A DNA stretch of 32,000 nucleotides from Mycolicibacterium smegmatis (GTDB lineage: Bacteria > Actinomycetota > Actinomycetes > Mycobacteriales > Mycobacteriaceae): contig NZ_LN831039.1 of NCBI RefSeq assembly GCF_001457595.1, forward strand, positions 570,001-602,000, given 5' to 3'. Below are positions 1 to 8,638 of the stretch, piece by piece (the stretch's first letter is position 1; each line of letters opens with the position of its first letter). Both the position numbers and the translations under genes were made by a program. The notes under the pieces were generated by a model, which worked only from the letters and a program-made list of their open reading frames with translations, searched no databases and had not been told where the DNA came from.

Positions 1-1
1 G

Positions 2-616
2 ATCACCGTGCTGATGGCGATGGTGCTTCTGCGCGAACGCATCAGCGGACTGGCCGCTGTCGGCCTGATCGCCGCACTGGCCGCGATTGTGCTGTTCAGC
101 ATCACCGGCGGCGAATCGGACGTCTCCTCGGGCCCATGGCTGCCGCTGGCCGTCCTGATCTGCGTCGCGTGGGGTGTGCAGGCGTACTTCATGCGCAAGA
201 CCGCGACCATCGGCGTCAACGAGGCCACCACCTTCGGCTGGATGGCGATCACCGCCATCGCGCTCATCCCCGTCGCGGTCATCTCGATGGGCGGCATCCC
301 CACCGGATTCCCTTGGCAGGCACCGGTTCTCACCGCAGGCACCCAGGTGCTCAACGCGGTCGGCGCGTTGTTCCTGGTCATGGCACTCAGCCGCGGCAAG
401 GCCACCATCGTGGCGCCCACCACCAATGCGCTCGCACCCGCGCTGACCATCGTCGTGTCCCTCATCGCCTACCAGACGCTGCCGACCCCGTACGGTGCGG
501 TGGGCATCGTGCTGGCGCTGCTGGGCTCCACGCTGATGGTCTACAGCGACGAGAAGCGGGGTGAGGCACCGACCGCCGCGGTCACCGCACCAGAGGCCAC
601 GAGGAGCCGCGCGTGA
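2..616 (+). CDS. DMT/EamA-type membrane transporter, 3' portion (5' end lies outside the window)
   Basis: The frame is open from the window edge, with no stop before the first Met at 8. The translation is nearly all hydrophobic helices (ATIVAPTTNALAPALTIVVSLIAY, LALLGSTLMVY), as in an EamA repeat. The stop TGA at 614-616 overlaps the GTG start of the next gene. Confidence 0.6.
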   Translation: MTVLMAMVLLRERISGLAAVGLIAALAAIVLFSITGGESDVSSGPWLPLAVLICVAWGVQAYFMRKTATIGVNEATTFGWMAITAIALIPVAVISMGGIPTGFPWQAPVLTAGTQVLNAVGALFLVMALSRGKATIVAPTTNALAPALTIVVSLIAYQTLPTPYGAVGIVLALLGSTLMVYSDEKRGEAPTAAVTAPEATRSRA

Positions 617-1926
617 AACCCACCGTTGCGATCATCGGCGCGGGTAGCGTCGAGTTCACCCGGGAACTGCTCGGCGACATCCTGTCGTTCCCCGAGCTCG
701 CCACCACACGGATCGTGTTGCACGACATCAACACCGAGCGTCTCGAGACAGCGGAAGCCATCGCACGGGCCACCGCCCGCGCGGCGGACGCCGACCCCGA
801 GATCAGCGCGACCACCGACCGCCGCCGCGCACTCGACGGCGCCGATTACGTCATCAACGTCATCCAGGTCGGTATGCACGAGGCCACCGTGCGGGACTTC
901 GAGATCCCCGCCCGATACGGCCTGAACCAGACCATCGGTGACACCATCGGCATCGGCGGAATCTTCCGCGGCCTGCGGACCTTCCCGGTGCTGGCCGGCA
1001 TCGCCAGGGACATGCAGGAGGTGTGCCCCGATGCCTGGCTGCTTAACTACACCAACCCGATGGCCATGAACGTCACGTACCTGCACCACATCGCACCGCG
1101 GCTGAAGGTGCTCGGCCTGTGCCACTCGGTGTACTGGACCATGGTCGGCCTGTGTGAACTGATCGACGTTCCCTACGAGGAGGTCTCGTACTGGTCCGCC
1201 GGCGTCAACCACCAGGCCTGGGTCCTGCGATGGGAACGCAACGGCCAGAACCTTTATCCGGAACTCGACCGGCGTATCGCGGCCGACGCAGAGTTGCAGC
1301 GCCGGGTACGTGTCGACATGTACCGGCGTCTCGGTTACTACCCGACGGAGACCAGCGAACACTCCAGTGAGTACGTGCCGTGGTACGTACACCACCGGCA
1401 GGAAATCGACCGGCTGCGCATCAACGTCGGCGAGTACGTGTCGATCAGCAAGGCCAACCTCGCCGAATACGCCAGGATCCGGGAGGAACTGGCCGATGCC
1501 GACTCGCTGCCCATCGACACCGGCTCCACCGAGTACGCCCCGCAGGTGATCCACTCGCTGGAAACCGGTACCACCAGGGTCATCTCGGCCAACGTCGCCA
1601 ACCAGGGGCTCATCACCAACCTTCCCGACGGCCTGGCGGTCGAGGTTCCGACGACACTCGATGCGCTCGGCGCGCATCCCATGCGGGTGGGGGATCTGCC
1701 GCCCCAATGCGCCGCGCTCAACCGCAACTTCCTCGGTCCCGTCGATCTGACCGTCCGCGCGGCGATCGACGGTGATCCTCGGCTGGTCCGTGCCGCGGCC
1801 ATGGTCGACCCCAACACCGCGGCCACGCTGACCGTCGACCAGATCTGGGACCTGTGCGACGAATTGACCTCCGCGCACGGGGATCTGCTGCCCGAACCGC
1901 TGCGATCCGCCGTCTGTAACCCCTGA
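613..1926 (+). CDS. Glycoside hydrolase family 4 (NAD/Mn-dependent alpha-galactosidase / alpha-glucosidase type)
   Basis: N-terminal dinucleotide fold KPTVAIIGAGSVEF. GH4-type LGLCHSV Cys-His motif and NYTNPM segment. RBS GAGGAG at 601-606 lies 6 nt before GTG 613. GTGA overlap with the upstream gene. Confidence 0.85.
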   Translation: MKPTVAIIGAGSVEFTRELLGDILSFPELATTRIVLHDINTERLETAEAIARATARAADADPEISATTDRRRALDGADYVINVIQVGMHEATVRDFEIPARYGLNQTIGDTIGIGGIFRGLRTFPVLAGIARDMQEVCPDAWLLNYTNPMAMNVTYLHHIAPRLKVLGLCHSVYWTMVGLCELIDVPYEEVSYWSAGVNHQAWVLRWERNGQNLYPELDRRIAADAELQRRVRVDMYRRLGYYPTETSEHSSEYVPWYVHHRQEIDRLRINVGEYVSISKANLAEYARIREELADADSLPIDTGSTEYAPQVIHSLETGTTRVISANVANQGLITNLPDGLAVEVPTTLDALGAHPMRVGDLPPQCAALNRNFLGPVDLTVRAAIDGDPRLVRAAAMVDPNTAATLTVDQIWDLCDELTSAHGDLLPEPLRSAVCNP

Positions 1927-1968
1927 CAACGACCCCTCATGAATCCCGCCGAAAAAGGAGTGCCTACC

Positions 1969-3246
1969 GTGATACGACGCTGGTTGTGCCTGGCCGTGGT
2001 CACCGCTGTTGCCTGTCTGCTGACGGCGTGCGGTGGTGGTTCGTCGTCATCGGGTCCGGTCGAGATCGCGGTGTGGCACGGCTACCAGGACACCGAGGGT
2101 GAGGCCTTCAAAGGGCTCATCGATCAGTACAACAAGGAACATCCCGACGTCCACGTGACCGATCTGTACTCCAGTAACGATCTGGTGCTGCAGAAGGTCC
2201 TGACCGCCGTGCGTGGCGGCAGTGCCCCGGACGTCGCGTACATGTTCGGCTCGTGGTCGCCGAACATCGCGAAGATCCCGCAGGTCGTGGACATGTCCGA
2301 CGTGGTGTCCCAATCGGATTGGAACTGGGACGACTTCTACCCCGCCGAGCGTGAGGCCGCGACCGTCGGCGACAAGATCGTCGGCATCCCGGCACTCGTC
2401 GACAACCTCGCGATCGTCTACAACAAGAAGCTGTTCGCCGATGCCGGTATCGCGCCGCCGACCGCAGACTGGACCTGGGACGACTTCCGCGCCGCGGCAG
2501 CAAAACTCACCGATCCGGCAAAAGGCCAGTACGGTTGGCTGATTCCCGCCGACGGTAGTGAGGACACGGTCTGGCACTACGTCCCGATGCTGTGGGAGGC
2601 CGGCGGCGACATCCTGACGCCGGACAACGAGAAGGCTGCGTTCAACTCCGAGGCCGGTGTCACCGCGCTCACGATGCTGCAGGACATGGCCGTGACCGAC
2701 AAGTCGCTCTACCTCGACACCACCAACGAGAACGGGCCCAAGCTGATGAACAGCGGCAAGGTGGGCATGCTCATCACCGGCCCGTGGGACCTGAGCCAGC
2801 TGTCCGACATCGACTACGGCGTGCAGGTGATGCCCACCTTCGCCGGATCGAGCGGTGCGCACCAGACCATCTCGGGTCCCGACAACTGGGTGGTGTTCGA
2901 CAACGGCGACAAACGCAAGCAGGCGTCGATCGACTTCGTGAAGTGGTTGACCGCACCCGAGCAGGTCAAGGCGTTCTCGCTGCAGACCGGTGACCTCCCG
3001 ACACGAAGCTCGGTCGGCGACGATCAGGCAGTCCGCGATCAACTCGATCAGAAGCTGCCCGGCAGCTCGGTGTTCGTCGAGAACCTGAACAACGCGAAGA
3101 AGGCGCGCCCGGCGGTCGAGCAGTATCCGGCGATCTCGGAGGCGTTGGGCCAGGCGATCGTGGCCGTCATGCTCGGCAAGGAACAGCCTGCCGCCGCGTT
3201 GAACTCGGCTGCCGAAGCCGCCGATTCGGCCCTGGCCGGCAAATAG
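1969..3246 (+). CDS. Sugar ABC transporter substrate-binding lipoprotein (solute-binding family 1)
   Basis: Signal peptide ending in the lipobox LTAC followed by GGGSSSS. Body is typical of CUT1 sugar binders (VWHGYQDTEG, ITGPWD). AGGAG at 1956-1960 lies 8 nt before GTG 1969. The in-frame ATG 1939 is an alternative start. Confidence 0.85.
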   Translation: MIRRWLCLAVVTAVACLLTACGGGSSSSGPVEIAVWHGYQDTEGEAFKGLIDQYNKEHPDVHVTDLYSSNDLVLQKVLTAVRGGSAPDVAYMFGSWSPNIAKIPQVVDMSDVVSQSDWNWDDFYPAEREAATVGDKIVGIPALVDNLAIVYNKKLFADAGIAPPTADWTWDDFRAAAAKLTDPAKGQYGWLIPADGSEDTVWHYVPMLWEAGGDILTPDNEKAAFNSEAGVTALTMLQDMAVTDKSLYLDTTNENGPKLMNSGKVGMLITGPWDLSQLSDIDYGVQVMPTFAGSSGAHQTISGPDNWVVFDNGDKRKQASIDFVKWLTAPEQVKAFSLQTGDLPTRSSVGDDQAVRDQLDQKLPGSSVFVENLNNAKKARPAVEQYPAISEALGQAIVAVMLGKEQPAAALNSAAEAADSALAGK

Positions 3247-3260
3247 ACCGGCGGGGTGAG

Positions 3261-4172
3261 ATGACCGGACACGTCGCTACGCGACATTCATGGCGTGACC
3301 GCCTCGGCCACTCCGAGCACGTGGCGGGCTGGACGCTGGTGAGCCCGGCCGTCGTGCTGATCGGCGTGTTCGGTCTGCTGCCGGTGCTGATGTCGCTGAC
3401 CCTGTCGTTTCAGCACTCCGATCTGCTGACGCCCGAGACTCCGTGGGTGGGGCTGGAGAACTACCGCAAGCTCGCCGACGATCCGGTGTTCGTCGACGCG
3501 ATCAAGCACACGATCATCTACACCGCGCTGTTCGTTCCGGGGACGATGATCGTCGGGTTGCTGGTGGCGGCCGCGTTGAACCGCTCGGTGCGGTTCATCT
3601 CGGTCTACCGGACGGCGGCCTACGTCACGATGGCGGTGTCGACGATCTCGCAGGGCATCATCTTCCTGTGGCTGACCGACCGTGACTACGGCCTGGTCAA
3701 CGCGGCACTGAACACCGTCGGCATATCCTCGCAACCGTTTCTGGCGTCACCGTCACAGGCGCTGTACGTGATCGTCGCCATGACGATCTGGGGATGGACC
3801 GGCTTCTCGGTCATCGTGTATCTCGCTGCGTTGCAGGGCGTTCCCGCCGAACTGCACGAGGCCGCAGCCATCGACGGCGCGTCGGCGTTCACCCGCTTCC
3901 GCACCATCACGGTGCCGTTGCTCGGACCCGCGAACATCTTCCTGGTGGTGTGGCTGACCATCAATGCGCTGCAGTTGTTCGACGAGGTCTACGCCACCAC
4001 GCGCGGCGGGCCGCTGCGCGCCACCACCGTCATCGTGTACTACCTGTGGGACCGTGCGTTCGTGCAGTTCGACGCCGGTTACGCCGCGGCCATGGCCTAC
4101 GTGCTGTTCGTGGTCATCCTCGTGATCACCGCTGTCCAGTTCCGTCTCGCACGGAGGTACGTGCACACATGA
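3261..4172 (+). CDS. Sugar ABC transporter permease (MalF/UgpA-like)
   Basis: Six hydrophobic segments and the EAA loop EAAAIDGASAFTRFRTITVPLLGP. The stop overlaps the next start (ATGA at 4169-4172). Confidence 0.9.
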   Translation: MTGHVATRHSWRDRLGHSEHVAGWTLVSPAVVLIGVFGLLPVLMSLTLSFQHSDLLTPETPWVGLENYRKLADDPVFVDAIKHTIIYTALFVPGTMIVGLLVAAALNRSVRFISVYRTAAYVTMAVSTISQGIIFLWLTDRDYGLVNAALNTVGISSQPFLASPSQALYVIVAMTIWGWTGFSVIVYLAALQGVPAELHEAAAIDGASAFTRFRTITVPLLGPANIFLVVWLTINALQLFDEVYATTRGGPLRATTVIVYYLWDRAFVQFDAGYAAAMAYVLFVVILVITAVQFRLARRYVHT

Positions 4173-5095
4173 CCACGACGCCGCACATCACCGCGCCGGT
4201 CGCGGAATCCACCGAACCCACGGTCGTGGAGGATTTTTCACCGCGGCGCCGTACGCGCCTGCGTCTTCCGTTCAGCCCTTGGCATCTGGTCCTCATCCCC
4301 GTCACGTTCCTGCTGATCCTGCCGCTGCTGTGGATGCTGGTCACCTCGCTGCAGACCGAAGGCGAGGCCAACCGGTTCCCGCCCGTGCTGCTGCCGGAGA
4401 GCCCCCGTTTCGAGAACTACACCGAAGCCTGGGCGACAGCGCCGTTCGGGCACTTCTTCCTCAACAGCTTCGCGGTGACCGGTGTCGTCCTGGTGAGCAA
4501 CCTCGTCGTCTGCAGCCTGGCGGGTTATGCGTTCGCGCGGATCCGGTTCCTGGGCCGCGGAGCGCTTTTCATCACGCTGATGGCCACGTTGATGGTGCCG
4601 TTCCAGGTGACGATGATCCCGGTGTTCCTGATCGTCAAATGGTTCGGCGACAACGTGTGGGAAGGCCTGGGAATCAACCACATCGGTGCGCTGATGCTGC
4701 CGAACCTGGCAACCGCGTTCGGCATCTTCTTCCTGCGACAGTTCTTCCTGACCGTGCCCGTCGAACTCGAAGACGCCGCACGGGTGGACGGAACATCGCG
4801 ACTGGGTGTGCTGTTCAAGATCATCCTGCCGTTGTCACTGCCGGCCCTGTCGACGCTGGCGGCGCTGACCGTGCTCACGTCGTGGAATGACTTCCTGTGG
4901 CCGCTGATCGTGATCACGTCGCAGGACCAGATGACGGTCCCGTTGGGGCTGAGCTACTTCCAGGGCGCGCACCGCGTCAAGTGGCCGTTGCTGATGGCGG
5001 CGAACGTCATGAGCCTGTTGCCGATGCTGCTGGTGTTCATCGGGGCCCAGCGGTACTTCGTGCAGTCCGTGGCCAGCACAGGCCTCAAGGGCTGA
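4169..5095 (+). CDS. Sugar ABC transporter permease (MalG/UgpE-like)
   Basis: EAA loop EDAARVDGTSRLGVLFKIILPLSLPAL. ATG 4169 is coupled to the upstream stop. The longer track ORF from 3794 is an Arg-rich out-of-context extension that overlaps the previous permease. Confidence 0.9.
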   Translation: MTTTPHITAPVAESTEPTVVEDFSPRRRTRLRLPFSPWHLVLIPVTFLLILPLLWMLVTSLQTEGEANRFPPVLLPESPRFENYTEAWATAPFGHFFLNSFAVTGVVLVSNLVVCSLAGYAFARIRFLGRGALFITLMATLMVPFQVTMIPVFLIVKWFGDNVWEGLGINHIGALMLPNLATAFGIFFLRQFFLTVPVELEDAARVDGTSRLGVLFKIILPLSLPALSTLAALTVLTSWNDFLWPLIVITSQDQMTVPLGLSYFQGAHRVKWPLLMAANVMSLLPMLLVFIGAQRYFVQSVASTGLKG

Positions 5096-5136
5096 AAGGG
5101 ACGGGTCTCGATGCGAACGAAAAGAGGAGTGAAGCG

Positions 5137-6243
5137 TTGGCAGAGGTAGAGTTTCGTGATGTCACACGCAGCTATCCCGGTGGGGTTCAGGCGCTCAAGG
5201 GACTTGATCTCACGGTGGCCGACGGCGAGTTCCTGATCCTGGTCGGGCCTTCCGGCTGCGGCAAGAGCACGGCGCTGCGAATGCTGGCGGGCCTCGACAA
5301 ACCGACAGCGGGCGAGATCCGGATCGGCGGTGCCGTCGTCAACCATCTGTCACCCGGGCAGCGTGACATCGCGATGGTGTTCCAGAACTACGCGCTGTAC
5401 CCACACATGTCGGTGTACCGCAACCTGGCCTATGGGCTGCGCCAAAGGCGCACTCCACGCGCCGAAATCGACCGGCGCGTGCGGGAAACGGCCGAACTGC
5501 TGCAGATCACCGAGTTCCTCGACCGCAAGCCCGGGCAACTGTCCGGCGGACAACGTCAACGTGTCGCCATGGGACGCGCGTTGGTGCGCGAACCGCAGGC
5601 ATTCCTGCTCGACGAACCCCTGTCGAACCTCGACGCCAAACTGCGCAACCAGGTTCGCGGCGATCTCAAGCGTTTGCACCGAGAGGTTCCGGTCACGTCG
5701 ATCTACGTCACCCACGACCAGGTCGAAGCCATGACGCTGGGGGACCGGTTGTGCGTGATGTCGCAGGGCGAGGTGCAGCAGATCGGCACCACCGACGACA
5801 TCTACAACCGGCCCGCCAACACGTTCGTCGCGGCGTTCATGGGCAGTCCGCCCATGAACCTGATGCCGGGCATCGTGCGGCAGGGTGTGCTGCACGTCGG
5901 CGGGGAATCGGTCACGCCGGTGTCGTGTCCGGAAGGCCCGGTGACCGTGGGTGCCCGACCGGAGCACCTCGAACTGAGCCCGGTCTGGGGCGATGGCATG
6001 GTGCCGGCACGTGTCGATTTCGTGGAGCCACTCGGCAGCCACAGTCTGGTGACCGCGCTGTTGGGGGACGATCCCGCGAGTACGACGCGAGTGATCGTGC
6101 AGGCGCCCGCGGACACCGACCTACCGTCGGGCACGCGCATCGGCCTGACACTGCCGCCGCAGCGGACGTATTTCTTCGATGCCGAGAGCGGAGATGCGCT
6201 GACCGCCGCGAGTATGGGGCGTGAGCGCATATCTCTCGCATGA
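5137..6243 (+). CDS. Sugar ABC transporter ATP-binding protein (MalK/UgpC/SugC type)
   Basis: Walker [10 protein letters not shown], signature [15 protein letters not shown], Walker [12 protein letters not shown], and a C-terminal MalK-like regulatory domain. TTG 5137 is preceded by AAGAGGAG (5122-5129). There is no in-frame ATG or GTG nearby. Confidence 0.9.
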   Translation: MAEVEFRDVTRSYPGGVQALKGLDLTVADGEFLILVGPSGCGKSTALRMLAGLDKPTAGEIRIGGAVVNHLSPGQRDIAMVFQNYALYPHMSVYRNLAYGLRQRRTPRAEIDRRVRETAELLQITEFLDRKPGQLSGGQRQRVAMGRALVREPQAFLLDEPLSNLDAKLRNQVRGDLKRLHREVPVTSIYVTHDQVEAMTLGDRLCVMSQGEVQQIGTTDDIYNRPANTFVAAFMGSPPMNLMPGIVRQGVLHVGGESVTPVSCPEGPVTVGARPEHLELSPVWGDGMVPARVDFVEPLGSHSLVTALLGDDPASTTRVIVQAPADTDLPSGTRIGLTLPPQRTYFFDAESGDALTAASMGRERISLA

Positions 6244-6262
6244 CGCCCTCTCGCATGACGCC
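6233..6262. repeat. Perfect tandem duplication of a 15-bp unit (CTCTCGCATGACGCC x2) spanning the ABC ATPase stop codon
   Basis: Read directly from the sequence: 6233-6247 equals 6248-6262. The TGA at 6241-6243 is repeated in frame at 6256-6258. Confidence 0.9.
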
Positions 6263-6336
6263 GCGGCGGAAAGGATCGGTTGAATCCGCGTTCGACCGCG
6301 TGTAGGCAGGCAGGTAGATCGAGGATCGGAGTGATC

Positions 6337-6447
6337 ATGGACCCGAATCCGGACTACGACGCCAGCGACGAGATCGAGTACTTCTTCAACTGGTTGCCGT
6401 GGGCGTTGCGGGGTGTGTACCCGCCGCCCGCATATCCGCCGGTATAG
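6337..6447 (+). CDS. Small hypothetical protein (36 aa: MDPNPDYDASDEIEYFFNWLPWALRGVYPPPAYPPV)
   Basis: By my count about 31 of 36 codons end in G/C, inside an otherwise lower-GC intergenic region. GGAG lies just upstream. The in-frame GTG 6331 is an alternative start. I recognise no family. Confidence 0.4.
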   Translation: MDPNPDYDASDEIEYFFNWLPWALRGVYPPPAYPPV

Positions 6448-6610
6448 GCTGCTGACCAGCGGAATCAGCTCGTGGGAGCCCTCCATATCTAAGAGCACCA
6501 TAAGATCCCACTAATCGCTCTCCCATCAGCGGCAACAAACGTCACACTGACATCACAAAAATGTTCGGTGGACCGCGGGGGGCCGCCGGCGAGAGACCGG
6601 AGGGGACAAC

Positions 6611-7258
6611 ATGACGGCATTCAAGCGGGTGCTGATCGCGATGATTTCCGCGTTGCTCGCAGGCACCACGGGAATGTTCGTGAGTGCGGGCGCGGCGCAC
6701 GCAGGGCTCGACAACGAATTGAGCCTCGTCGACGGTCAGGATCGAACTCTGACCGTGCAGCAGTGGGACACGTTCCTCAATGGTGTGTTCCCCCTGGACC
6801 GCAACCGTCTGACCCGTGAGTGGTTCCACTCCGGTCGCGCCAAGTACATCGTGGCCGGCCCGGGCGCCGACGAGTTCGAGGGCACGCTGGAACTCGGCTA
6901 CCAGATCGGCTTCCCGTGGTCGCTGGGTGTGGGCATCAACTTCAGCTACACCACCCCCAACATCCTGATCGACGACGGTGACATCACCGCTCCGCCGTTC
7001 GGCCTGAACTCGGTCATCACCCCGAACCTGTTCCCCGGTGTGTCGATCTCGGCCGACCTGGGCAACGGCCCCGGCATCCAGGAAGTCGCGACCTTCTCGG
7101 TCGACGTCTCGGGTCCTGCTGGCGGAGTGGCGGTGTCCAACGCGCACGGCACCGTGACCGGTGCGGCCGGCGGTGTGCTGCTGCGTCCGTTCGCCCGCCT
7201 GATCGCCTCGACCGGTGACTCGGTCACCACCTACGGCGAGCCTTGGAATATGAACTAG
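6611..7258 (+). CDS. mspB: MspA-family outer-membrane porin (MspB-like paralogue)
   Basis: Signal peptide ends AHA, followed by GLDNELSLVDGQDRTLTVQQWDTFLNGVFPLDRNRLTREWFHSGRAKYIVAGPGADEF ... NILIDDGDIT ... YGEPWNMN. From memory this equals mature M. smegmatis MspA except SGPAGG in place of SGAEGG. RBS GGAGGGG lies before the ATG. Confidence 0.95.
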   Translation: MTAFKRVLIAMISALLAGTTGMFVSAGAAHAGLDNELSLVDGQDRTLTVQQWDTFLNGVFPLDRNRLTREWFHSGRAKYIVAGPGADEFEGTLELGYQIGFPWSLGVGINFSYTTPNILIDDGDITAPPFGLNSVITPNLFPGVSISADLGNGPGIQEVATFSVDVSGPAGGVAVSNAHGTVTGAAGGVLLRPFARLIASTGDSVTTYGEPWNMN

Positions 7259-7269
7259 CACAGCGAGGA

Positions 7270-8340
7270 TCAGTTCGCGGCCAGTGCGCGGGCGTGGCGT
7301 TCCTGCTCACGCTTGCCGTATGTGGCGTTGCGAACCGCGTAATCGCTTTCGAAGCTGGAACCGAGCGCCCCGGCGAACGTGCCCAGTGAACTGGACAGCC
7401 ACGCCAGTTCTGCATAGTCGTGCCATGCGACGGCGTGGTGCAGCGTGGCTTCCAGGTACGCCGGTGGAATCACCGTCAGCGCACCGACGAAAACCAGACC
7501 GAACAACACGATGTACATCGATCCGATGCCGACTGCGAGAGTCAGGACCGTTGCGCTGTTGTACAGCAGGGCATTTCGCCGTTGATCGAGATCACGCGGA
7601 CGCTCCCACAGGCGGTTGTAGCTCATCAGCCACACCATCATCGCCAGAATTGCGCCGACGCTGACCGCGGCCAGCCTTGTGGTGCTCATCGCGTCGGCCA
7701 TGTTCCAGATACTCGAATAGAAGATGCCGAACGCCGCGGCGGCGGCGCCGGCTGCGATCGCACTCGACAGGCTCGGCAGCAGGCGCCAAGGCCGGTTGAC
7801 CCGCACCATGCCGAGCAGCAGACGAGACCGGCCGCGCATCCGGGTGAGCGCGGTGAGCGCATTCGTTCCGTCGGGACCGTCGGTCACCTCCCGCCGTGTG
7901 GGCGAGCCCGCAACGCGTGCGGCTGCCGCGTCCGCCAGAGATCTGGACGGTGACGCCGGCGCAGTCAGTTCGCTGACGACATGGACGATCACCCGTTCGA
8001 CATGGTGTCGAAGACGAATCGGCCCCAGCGCGGGCAGTGAGATCAAAGCCGCCCCAGCTGTGATGTCGGCATCGCAGACCATCAGCGTCCGGTCCAGGCG
8101 CCTTGCCAGCTCCGTCACGCAGACGACGAGGTCCCATCCGTTACGTGACTTCATCGCGGAGCTGTGGCCCGCGATGTCGATGGTGCCGTCATCTTCCAAC
8201 GGCAGGGCGTAGCTGCACAGCGACAGTTTCCAGTCGACGTCCTCGCTCACCTCGCGGGTGAGCGTGTCGGGTAGTCCGGCGATCAGAGGTTCGACCAACT
8301 TGGTCGAGAGCCCCGGGTCGGTGACCACGCCGATGTACAT
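7270..8340 (-). CDS. Uncharacterised membrane protein: N-terminal alpha/beta (Rossmann-like) domain plus 4-5 TM helices
   Basis: 356-aa ORF with alternating strand/helix pattern in the first ~125 aa (MYIGVVTD, DLVVCVTE, LMVCDADI, ALISLPALG). A Pro/Ser/Arg linker is followed by hydrophobic helices (AIAAGAAAAAFGIFY, AAVSVGAILAMMVWLMSY, VLTLAVGIGSMYIVLFGLVFVGALTVI, LAWLSSSLGTFAGALG). Confidence 0.75.
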   Translation of the reverse strand: MYIGVVTDPGLSTKLVEPLIAGLPDTLTREVSEDVDWKLSLCSYALPLEDDGTIDIAGHSSAMKSRNGWDLVVCVTELARRLDRTLMVCDADITAGAALISLPALGPIRLRHHVERVIVHVVSELTAPASPSRSLADAAAARVAGSPTRREVTDGPDGTNALTALTRMRGRSRLLLGMVRVNRPWRLLPSLSSAIAAGAAAAAFGIFYSSIWNMADAMSTTRLAAVSVGAILAMMVWLMSYNRLWERPRDLDQRRNALLYNSATVLTLAVGIGSMYIVLFGLVFVGALTVIPPAYLEATLHHAVAWHDYAELAWLSSSLGTFAGALGSSFESDYAVRNATYGKREQERHARALAAN

Positions 8341-8450
8341 GTCGTGGCTCTACCCGGGTGCCGAACGGGCGAAACGGCCGGCAGGTCCGCGTTTCCCCAG
8401 CGGGACACCGGGTAGGCCATCATCGAGCCCGAGCGACAGGTGGTGCAGAT

Positions 8451-8603
8451 ATGGACCCGAAGCACAACGACGATCAAGGTGACCGGCCCGGTGACACCGG
8501 GTACGACCCGGATGCCGATCCGGAGATGATGCAGCAACAGGCACATCCTCAACCGAACCAGGCCGAAGGTGCCGACGACCCCGCCGAGACAGGAGAGGGC
8601 TGA
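8451..8603 (+). CDS. Possible small acidic protein (50 aa, MDPKHNDDQGDRPGDTGYDPDADPE...)
   Basis: ATG is preceded by AGGTGG. GC3 is only about 70% by my count and the composition is low-complexity. A hairpin (8586-8613) spans the stop. Weak case for a real gene. Confidence 0.2.
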   Translation: MDPKHNDDQGDRPGDTGYDPDADPEMMQQQAHPQPNQAEGADDPAETGEG

Positions 8604-8638
8604 GGCCCGTCTCAAGCTGCAACGACGTGAGTGAGCGC

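Noticed and set aside
541-1929. 462-aa ORF on the minus strand, antisense to the GH4 gene.
   Set aside because: It is a typical high-GC antisense shadow ORF. It is Gly/Arg/Val/Asp-rich with no recognisable motifs. The plus-strand frame has clear GH4 motifs and an RBS.
3794-4168. N-terminal extensions of the second permease (from 3794) and of the ABC ATPase (from 4897).
   Set aside because: Both overlap the preceding, well-supported genes. Coupled or RBS-preceded internal starts (ATG 4169, TTG 5137) give normal family N-termini.
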